Of a DNA stretch of 64,000 nucleotides, positions 13,601-24,647 are shown piece by piece. This DNA comes from Trichinella spiralis. Lineage: Eukaryota. How positions within the stretch are numbered: position 1 is the first letter of the stretch; every line of letters begins with the position of its first letter. The DNA lies in assembly GCF_000181795.1 (NCBI RefSeq), contig NW_003526948.1:649935-713934 (forward strand), given 5' to 3'. Below the pieces are notes generated by a model that worked only from the letters and a program-made list of their open reading frames with translations, did not search any database and had not been told where the DNA came from. Both the position numbers and the translations under genes were made by a program.

Positions 13601-16600
13601 ATGCTAAATGAAATGGATCGTGATACTCTGCAATTTTGCTGCTTGGTTAACGTGTAAGTGGACTGAAATATTTTATCTCACCTCACACGTTCTTGATAAC
13701 AAACAGCAATCAGTAAGCAGCCTCTATTCTGAACACGCTGCTTCAGATAATATTTCCATACAAATGGTTCTATTTCCAATTTGGTAAATAGGCGACTAAT
13801 GAATTGCAGCAAATTGGTTTCCCAATCAAACGTATTGTGATAGAAAGTTTTTGATTTTACAAAAATCTTTAAAAAATTTTCTGTTTTGAAAATATGCTAT
13901 AGCACAATTTTACTGAGATATTTATAAATGCCGAATAGAAATAAATGAATGCATTATGCGATACAATGCTGAGGAAAAATTGAATTAACGCGATCGTTTT
14001 GTTTTATTTTCCAAAACAAAGCTATAGGAGAAAGCTGAAGTACGCTGAACATTGATTTCGAGGAACCAAAAGTAAACGATGATTATTGTATGATAACGAT
14101 TGCTAGTCGTCAGATCTGACGTTTCCTCTGTTTGCAACGTGATTGCTCTGAAAACAATTCTAATTTGCTTAGGCTGTTTACGTATAGTAAAAGCTCGTTA
14201 CAGCGTTCTTTTGAGCATTCATTAATTAGTTTTAGCCATTTTTGGAGAATAATATAATTTGTAGCACGACCTCAGCAGGCGTGATTAATGTAATAAATTT
14301 CCCAGTATTGTGAGTGCAGATTGGGAAAACGACATTTGATGAAAGAGTTGATTTTTTTTATAGCAGAAGCAATGCAAATACTTATACTTTTCTACCTACT
14401 ATTACACAGTAATAAAGAGGGTTTATTGACGCAAATGCCTATGTGCCATAATCGGTAGCATTACATTTTGAACTTCATTCATAACCATTTCGCTTGCATA
14501 CTGATAATGATACCTTTTATGATTTGTAATGTGTAATTAAATTATTATGAATCAAGCGACATTTTGAAAGTTTAAAATTTAACTGTAACGCTAATGCGGT
14601 GAAAACGTAAAAAAATGTAGCAACATTTTTTTGATTCTTGAATTCCCAAAATTGCATATCAGCTACTTGGATTAACTTTCAAAGTCTACCTGAAAAAATA
14701 TCAAAATAACTTTACTGATCTAATTATTCCCTTCCAAAATAAGGTCTTTTATACGAAAGCGTTAGCGATTGATTGCCCATTAGCAATATGTGACGTAAGT
14801 GTTGTTATAGTATGATTCGTTTATTTTCTCTTTTCAACCTTCATTCGGTGTTATTATGATTTATTGTTTAGTGGAATAAATATTTTTTGAACAGATGCTG
14901 AACATACTACCATGAAAATGTAGCATTTAAACCGTTCATGAAAGATGAATTGCTTATAAAATGTGAATTCGCAACAACATAATTTATCATTTAATGCTAA
15001 AAGTAAGAGGCAAATATGGAATCACATGATGCATACAATGAGTGCCAAGAAATGAACGACGATAATCCATCCGATGTTCAACGAAATATGTTCTCCCTTA
15101 GCGTACGGTTGATGATTTAGAACAAATAATTTCCAATGCCAATTATTTTTAAGAAAGGCACACATGGTGGGTGGGTAAATATTTGCACAAGTCGTGATTT
15201 ATACAAATTTTTTATTTCTAAAAACTAAAAGCTCAAAATTTGTCAGACTTTTAGTACCAAATTAAGCGGAACATTTTTCTCATTGATGGGCTCACTTTTG
15301 CCCTTGACTGAGCCTATTGAAAATTGTGTTTTTGATCGATCACAAAAAGAGAGCAAAAGGATAGGTCAGTTGGTGTCGTTTTAGTTGACAAAATTGACTA
15401 TGACAGTGTCTTCTGTTCAATTGTCAAAATGTTGCAGGTTTCTGGCATCGACCTATCTCCTAATGGAAATGCTAAACTGAAGCAATCAATAATCCCATCT
15501 ATTAATTATACCCCAAAATAAAAATGATTTTACAATGAATCTGTATTAAAAGCAAGCAGCATATGCACAGAATCAGAAGCCAATTGATTTCTTTGTTTTT
15601 ACAAACATCTACAAAGTGACATTCAGTTTGAAGTCTTTTATAATTAATCAGTTGTTCACATAGAAGCACAGATGAAAGCAACAAATTTTTAGCTTGTTTC
15701 TATGAAAGAAATAATGCTGATATTGGCTTTACACTCTTTTGGAAGTTGATTGGTTTTTCTTTCAGGTTGTATAAGGTGTCTAATGAGAATGCTGTGCATT
15801 TGTGTAAGAACACTTCTCTTAAATAGTGTATTATCGATTTATTGTGCCTTTTTAAATAAAATTGTGCCTACTGAAATTCATTTTGTTTATAAAAATGCTA
15901 TTAAGGCATATTAATTTTGGACTAACAAAATGTGTTGCCTTTTCCAATAAATATTGTGGTAAGTACATTTGAGAAAGAAATACTGTTTTTGAATGACAAT
16001 TACGTCAAAGTGTATACGTTAAGTAAATATCCTATTAGAAAGAGCTGCCGTACAATTGCTGTTGAGAAGAATGCACTAGCTGCTACTAGTTAGTTATTCA
16101 CTGAACTATTCGCAAATGTTGTTTATAGCTGTTTTGTGTATAATGATTAGCTGTATTTGTATAATTTACATGCAAATACTGAATATTCTTTTTTACTACA
16201 TTGTTTTCATTTTCAATCCAGCATATTTGTGATTTGGCGCATCTTTACACAGCTGTGAGAATTTATTTTTAACGCGTTCATGATTTCAGCAGTACTCTTC
16301 TGTTTTGTCTTTTTCGACGTACAGTTTACTGTAAGCCATCTTGCGCGGCTTCTAATGTAAACTGATTTTGATTATCATCTAGCCAAACGCTGTATGAACG
16401 ATTGAAACGCAAAATTTGAGCATGCGAGCAAACTCCATTCGTTCAACCTTGGTGTTTGTTGCTGCACTCAGATCTGTCAGTGATGCTTTTGACGAAGTGA
16501 CGTGTTTAGCCATATCACCGACTGACGCACTTTTTGATTGTTTTCTGAAAATTATTATTTTTCAAAATAACATTCCCCATTCATTTTAGGAAGCATCCTA

Positions 16601-19600
16601 GCAGTGGAAAGATTGTTTGCGACTTGCATCAACGAGAAGTTCAATCGTTTCCCATACCTTCACAGTGCTATTTTCAGTCCAATCAAACCGTCGAACTGGC
16701 CTTACCAGTGAAACACTCCGTAACTGAATCTTCTGATGAAAAGGTATGCCACGAAATATCTCTAAGTCATATTATTTACTAAATATTGAACTTTTTATTA
16801 TTTCTGAACTTGAGGTTGAATTATAATTGCTAATTTTAAAATTCCATCCATTTTACAGGTTCAGGATTTTCTTGCTCTGCTTGAGCGACTTCAAGGAAAT
16901 CGTTTAGAAGATCAGCGCTGTAGCTGGCCTCTTCCGAGTAGCAACAGCCCTAAGGAGGCAAGTTTCATTTAAATATAATTAAGAACTTCAACAGAGCTAA
17001 ACTTTGACTTTATTTTGTAATAATATGATTTTTCAAAGAATTCTGCAAAAAAAGCAGCAACTAAATTTATATATATATATATATACATTTGAATAATCTG
17101 CAAAACTGAAACAATAAAGTGTTGAAGTTAATGCTTGAGAAATTCAGTTTAAGAATTTGGAAAATAAAATTTTAAGTTATTTTACAGAACTTTTCTTTCT
17201 TAGATTTTATTGCAAAAGTTAAAACAATTGCAAGTTTTAAGGCTTTTTAAGGAATTGCTCTTTATTGGAGCTGTTTTGCTAAGACGGAGAATTTTCATAC
17301 TGGACAAATTTGCTTTCTTTGAGCAATTAACGACGAGAGTGTAAATATAGAATGCACACAAATAGTATCATAACAAATAAGAATGTACTAGCGTGCTTTT
17401 TATACGGAAAACTGCTTCCTTACTTTTGGTAAATAAAAATGCAATAATGCGCATATTTTTTTATTTAAATTTGTGAACAACTCGGTAAATTTATGCTCTC
17501 CGTTGAAAGTGATCACTGCATTGTTATCTACTACCGTTTATAAAGAACAGCTGAACATTTAGAAATAGTATTTAGGTTAATTATTATTTTATAATCATCA
17601 AAGAAACGCTTTGAAAACTGAAAAACATTCCATTCTGATACTATGCTTCCTAGTGATGCACTGAGCGACATTTTTTAGTAATTTATAGTGATTACGAAAT
17701 TCATACAGTAATATATTTTACTATATAAAGTATCGTATTACTTTTTACAGCTTATAAACTTTTCAAATGGTCATCCTAATAGCTTACACACACCAGCATT
17801 CTGTATTTCCAGTTCAACATTCACGAAATCATAAAAAATCAATCGAATTAGCTCTTGATGGTTCACAATAATGCTAATTTTGCGGTGGGTAAGGTTGTCC
17901 AGCTTGTAATCAATATTAATTTTGCCTAAGGTTAGCCTTAGCGTCAGTTCTTTGTTCCCAGTTTTATTCATCGAAGATCGAATGCCAATCAGAAGTGCTC
18001 GTTGGTTTCTTCTTAGCCGACGATGAAATCAATCTTTACTTGCGCAAAGCTTCAAATATGCATGTGAAAATTTGGAACGAAAGAGAGCAGTATGTGTTTA
18101 TAGTATGTAACACGATGTTTTGCTGGATGCGTAACCATTTTCCGTCCGGAAAGTCCCTTTCTCGCAGTCGTTTAGTTTGTTCCACAAGAAAAAGTATTTC
18201 ATTTCCTTCATTAAGATTATCTACTCTGACTTGGAACACGTCTGCAACGGTTAGCCGGAGTATTACTGATTACTTTAAACCTTGTCCCAACAGTTCAACC
18301 GTAATTAATTAGTTCCTGTTTAAATAAATCTGTTATATGTTTAACTTTTAGATTTTTTATTCATATTAATGTAATTTCAGAGTTTGTCAACCAGAAAATC
18401 TGCACCAAATGATAGCCCACGTGAAAACATTCATGAAGTAAGTGAACATTTAATGGTGCTTAAATTACAATTTTGACGACACTTTGTTATTACTTGGGTG
18501 CTTTCGAAGCATTCGATTTCAAATGCAAAATTTTCGTAATTTCACATCTATTTACATTACTCTTTAAATAAATAAATAATATATGTACAGACTGAACATG
18601 CAGAATTATAATTATAACGGTTTGCTACATACTGAAAAATGTCTTGATAATGCAACCACATAAACGTAATCTCTGCTCGAGAGCAAAAATAATGATATTA
18701 AAAATTATGAATTGAGTTATTAATAATGAATTATTAGACATGCCTTGGTCTGACGTATTCATATTTGCTTTCATATTGAAAACAAAATCGAAATGTTTTA
18801 AAACAGTTTTCTTGAAACTACTTTAGTCAATTACGCAAGAATTGTGTTAACTGTTGAAGAATTAATTGTTGTCTTAAAGTACCAGCTTATTTAGTAAAAG
18901 CTTTGCATTAGCTTCATTTTAAGGTGCTTAGTCGAGGTGGCCCATTTCCAACAGTGGTTATGCCACTTCATGGTGGATATTGGATCGATACTGCTTCATC
19001 AGAGGAACATCTTACGGAATCTACGTGTAGCAGCTGCCAAAGGCTGAGACTGGAAAGTGATGAGACGGCTAAATTGTACAGGCGGCATTTTTTTGGAAAA
19101 GTAAATGTATACAGTTTTAGCCACATGGAAAATGAAAATTTTATTTCTATTTACAGTTAATTTAATTTAATTTATTTGATTTTATGCTGCGGAAATTTGT
19201 TTTTGACTGAAATAATGGTCATTTACTTTATTTCATCATATGATGTTTCTAATTGAAAAGCGGTGCCATATGACATTGAAATGAAATTTATACATCCTAC
19301 AATTTTAAATTTCATTTTCTAAAATTTATAAACAGTATCACCATTAAAGGATCATTTCAATTTCTACGCGTTGGACGACAGACTAGGGCCTATCGTGTTG
19401 TCTGTGCGAGTGGAGTCAACTGCTTCACAGGAATATCTCCGCATTATACTGAGGTAAAAAATTTGATTCTTAAAATGAGTTTTTATTTACTTGTCTTTTT
19501 AGGCTTAAAACAGGGACAATTCATGAAATGGTGCCTGCAAATCGAATTGGTGAATTGTTGACAGCCGCACGAATGGCAAAGGTTTCATTATTGTTACAGA

Positions 19601-22483
19601 ATTAATACAAGCAGTAGTTATTTGACAAAAATTTCAGTTTCTCTGCGAAGACATTAGTACAGAGTGCTTTACGCCGGTGATGTTCCCAAAGGGTACAGAA
19701 CTAATCATGACGTTTGATGAACACGTATTAGTGAACAATTATAAATTTGGTATTATATATCAAAAATTTGGACAGGTTGTATTTATGCAGAAGGTGACTG
19801 AAGGAGAATTTTTATAACTGACTATTTCAGACTTCTGAAGAAGAGTTATTTGGCAACGCTGAGCATAGCGACAAAATGGAAGAATTTCTTGAATTTATTG
19901 GTGAAAAAGTGCAACTGCAAAATTTCAAGGGTTTTCGTGGAGGTTTGGATACAGTGCATGGGCAGACTGGAGAAGAATCTTTTTATACAAAATTCAAAGA
20001 TAGGCGAGTCACCTTGAAGTGCTAACTTTGCTAGCTTTTAATTTAGTTGCTTTTTGCAGAGAAATTATGTTTCATGTATCAACACTGCTGCCATATACTG
20101 TTGGTGATGCGCAGCAGCTTCAACGCAAGCGACATATTGGGAATGACATTGTCGCAATTATTTTTCAAGATGACAATACACCTTTCGTTCCTGACATGAT
20201 TGCCTCACACTTTCTGCATGCCTATATTGTTGTCACATTTGTTGACACAGGCAGTTCAACAACACACTACAAGGTATTGCAATACAACTCCTTTTCCTTA
20301 AATTATCAGTAAACATTAATGTGTGCCTGAGAACGTAACTGGAAAAGTTTCATCTAAAATATAATGCTTCCTTTGCATGCCTTCAGTTTATTTGAATAAT
20401 TAATCTAATCTTTTCTTAACTTAATGAAGTTCAAGTGAATTGCTAACGCCACAATTTTTAGACTCTATGAAATTCCTAGTTAATGATGATCACACTTAAC
20501 GATATCTATTTTCAATTAATGTATAAGAAGGATAACTAAAAATTAAGCAGCTCTTTAAAATAGTACTCACTAAGGAACTGAATTCCGACACAGCTATATA
20601 TATATGCATGTATGTATGTATCCTAACTCTAGCTTTTAGCTCATTAGTTCTTGTGGTTCTTCATATTCCCAGAATCACTTGATTTCCGCTTTACTTTTCA
20701 AGGTAACAGTTACTGCTAGAGATGACGTACCACCATTTGGGCCTGCGCTTCCATCACCGCCTATCTTTATTAAAGGTCAAGAGCTGAAAACTTTCCTGCT
20801 CACAAAACTGATCAACGCAGAAAATGCATGCTACCGGGCACGTAAATTTGCCAGTTTAGCTGTAAGAAATAATCATTTGGAATTTCTTACCGCTTAAACG
20901 TTTGTATCTAATGTTAGGAAAGAACAAGAACGTCACTTTTGGAGGCTTTATTTAATGAGCTCAAGCAACGTAACATTGAACATTATGGTTCTCTTCTGCA
21001 CCCTGAAATTGCAAAAGAATCCATGTCATCTATAAGTCTTTTTAGCTCCGTAAAAAAAGGTACATCATGAGGTTGTATATACATTTTTTGGTTTTAATCA
21101 TTTTCCTTCAGCATTAACAGGAAGTAAGCACCGACATTCTGCACAACTGTCTGAAGCAGCTAATGTTGATCGATCAGACAGTGCACGCAAAAAAGATAGC
21201 CTTTTCAGCGGTGATGTGTTAACAAAAGACAATATTCACGTGAGAATTATTTCCTATGTTTTTTTAATATAATTCTATGGCAGTTATTCTTCAGAGTGGA
21301 AAAGCAACGTTGACAGCATCGAAAATTGATCGTAGAAATGTAGAAAGTGGTGATCACTTTAACGCTGACGTTCAGAGCAGCAGGTTAGTGCAAATAATGT
21401 AAAAAATTAATAAATTTCTCACAGTGAGTGCACAAATTTAGTTCAAAATCAAGTTCCAAACCGTCATATTTAAATTTATCTCCAACATATATCTCGTGCA
21501 GCACAGCACGATCTACTCCATCACAATGCAGCAGCCCTGATAGAACTTTTGCTAAGTAAGTTTTAACTAGTCTATTTATCATTCAATGCTAATTTCAAGT
21601 TAAATTGTTTTCATTACTTTATTCCATATTTAATGTACTATCTGTTGCTTGACACTTTAAATTATTTTGCTATTTTATAGTCAAATTGATTCAGAATCAT
21701 CGAGTATAGATAGTGCTGAACTGGAACACGATTCTGATACTGGAATGGTATGCAGTTTTCAATTAGCGAGAGTTTCTTAATGCATACTTCGTTTAGGAAA
21801 GCATGTCTAGTGCTGAAACATCAAATTTTAAACATCTAGCTTGCATGGCTTGGAAAGATTCACCGGAAAAATCTTGTCTGACATTCAATAAGGACAATAA
21901 AGACAAATGTGCAGGTTAAATGAAGATTATATTTTGCTTACTTCTATAATATAATCGACTTTGCTATTTATTGTTAGTGATATTAATTGATAATAGAAAG
22001 TCTGCTTTAAACCATAAAACTAAAATCCAACTTTTAAAAGTTATATTATATATATATATATATGAATTAAATATTTACTTCATTTAGACTTTCAAAAGCT
22101 TCAAGAATTGTTGCAGGAAATGTCGAAGTTGAAAAATGAAAAACTGGACCTTCTTCGTCAAAATGTGGTGAGGATTTACTTTGACCAATTGAAAAAGAAT
22201 TCATACTTTCAATTTCTTAAAATTCAAAATCTACCATACAGTTTTCGCTTTTAACTTAAAAATACAACATTTTTACGCAATAAAATTGAGAAAAAATGAA
22301 ATACTTCAAACATACATCATAGCTGTTTGATGAAAAATAATTTAGAGTTGCAAAAGTGATATCAAAAAGCTGAAAAAAAGAGAAACTCAAATGTCAGCCG
22401 AATTGGAAGCAGCCTATGATGAAATAAACAAATTACAGCAGCTGTTGAAATTTTCGACAACGGATCGAAATCAACAAATGTAA
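4687..22483 (+). CDS. RAP1GAP: Rap1 GTPase-activating protein with N-terminal LIM domain, GoLoco motif, RapGAP domain and C-terminal coiled coil (multi-exon)
   Basis: Phase-consistent exons: 4687-5168, 9579-9611, 16590-16743, 16859-16957, 18381-18437, 18924-19100, ~19350-19453, ~19503-19581, ~19639-19775, 19831-20003, 20060-20273, 20703-20861, then several exons to TAA at 22481-22483. RapGAP motifs: [88 protein letters not shown]. GoLoco: [19 protein letters not shown]. The true 5' end may lie upstream (in-frame acceptor at 4683). Confidence 0.9.
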
Positions 22484-24581
22484 AGTTTACTGAACTTTAA
22501 ATTTCCAATTGCCGTCTAATGATAAAAGCTGTGTCAGAGGGGATTTTCAGTTACTAATTACATATATATATATATATATTTATATTTATTTATTTATTCA
22601 TTTGTTTATAAAATATCGAATGATACGTGCGTGTTTTTACTTTGACAATCGACAAACTCATGTACATTATAAAAGAATTAATACAAAAAATGTTTGGCAG
22701 AAAAAATATGAAACAAATAATCTGAAGGGTAAATTCAACTGTCCATCTGTTTGATCTGCTCTGCTTTTGTTGTTTTCCATTTACAAGCGCTACATACTAG
22801 CTACAAGTCTGTTGTTCAAAGTGACACTTTTTGCTGAGTTATTTTGCTGTATGTGAATGAGTAACAACTCCTTACAACAAAACATAATCTATCTGGTGAC
22901 AAGACAAACCAAGTAAAAAAGAAATATCTTAAATAAGAAATATTTTCATTCAGAATTCAATATTAATGCATATTTAGAATAATCTAAAATAATAACGATG
23001 AAAAAAATATCTAACACATGCATAGCAGTCGTTTCTAGCAAAGGACTCCCAGTAGCTGATTTCGAATGTCAACAGCAAACTTACACAATTATTACATTCA
23101 CATAAATAAGCAAATTGCAAAGCTTCTGCCTAAACAAGCAGCTTTTGCCATCCTAATATTAATAATGTATAGATGAATAAATCAGTGAATGAATAAAAAA
23201 TAAATTAACACCACAGCATTAGCAGCATTTAGTGACTCACATTGGTAGTATTGAATTGCATTAAGTGAAATTAAACATGAATTTGCCAAATTGAAGAAAA
23301 ACAGTAACGAAGACAAAATTCATCATAATTAGACATTATACTATATTTATTACGCATTAAACCCGCATTTCAACTAAAATTGTTAACTTTACTTACCTCG
23401 ATAATTGCAGCAGTATGCAAGAGCAAGCAGTGAGTTGGTGGTTTCACAGGTAGTTGGTTGGTGATATAAATGATGAATTCTTCTTTTGCATAAAAGTAAA
23501 AAAGGACGTTAAAAGCTTTATTTACTGACAGTATGAATGGAATTCAACAAAAAAAAGCAAATACACACAAAATAAACATGTATATTTTTATTCGTTGTAC
23601 CAGTTCACACGTACTTTCGAAGGAGGGCTCCCTATTGTTTTTATACAACGCACCGTGGAAGCCCAGCCAACTCTTAAACGATAAGAACCAGTAAGCATCA
23701 TAGCAAGATGAGAAAAGTAATTTTGGTTAAGCTGGTCCAGTCGCCTCTCTGCAGGAAGGAACAAAATAAAATGGTGAAAACATAAAAGTTAGAAGGGGGG
23801 GGAGGGAGGGAAATAATTTATGCGTGCAGATTTCGTCAGGCGAACTAAAACCTGAGATTCGACTATAATCCGTAGCTGAAAGTTACTGCAACCGTTCAAT
23901 TATAATATCATCAAAATCGCTTGACGCACTGTATCATGAAAATGTGAAACACTTTTCTCATTGCACAATACACAAAACTTTTGGAAGGGAAAGTCAAAGA
24001 AACAAGATCATTCGAGAGAAAGAGCAAGAACAATTCACATCTGAGAAAAAGAATATACCTACTATATTATTCTCTGCTGATGAGAAGAAAGTTGAAAAGA
24101 AAGAGAAAAAAACAAAAATCAGATCATTGTTCAACGAATTTCACTAATTCACGCCAAACAATAAAATTAATAAAGAAAGAAAACAAAGTTAATTTGATAA
24201 TAAATTTCATCAGTATGGAGAGAATGGAGCAAATGCTACATACATGCACAATGAATGCAACATTGCCGATGACAACACGGGCAGACGAACTAGCAGCTTG
24301 GCAGGCAGAAACGGCAACGACAATAATTCCCACATCAATAAAACAACAAAAAAAAGTAGAAAACAGTCAATTTTGAAATTTGTCCGGCTGCCAACTGCAA
24401 ACTGCATACAAGCAAGTTTGCATTGAAATAGACAAACTTCGAAAAACGAACTTTCTTCTTCTTTTCTTTTTAATGCACAAAAAAGAATTTCAACTGAAAA
24501 ACCAACTAAGAGAGAAGAGAAGAACAAGTGTAGCTGACTTTTCTTGTTTTGGCTTGAAATAATTCAGCAAGGAAAAAATGA

Positions 24582-24582
<1 letters not shown>

Positions 24583-24624
<42 letters not shown>
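24583..24624. repeat. (AAT)14 microsatellite just downstream of the NCOA6-like stop
   Basis: Perfect AAT run seen directly; it is the source of the poly-Ile ORFs on both strands. Confidence 0.95.
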
Positions 24625-24625
<1 letters not shown>

Positions 24626-24647
24626 GACGAAACAACTGCGCTGCTCG

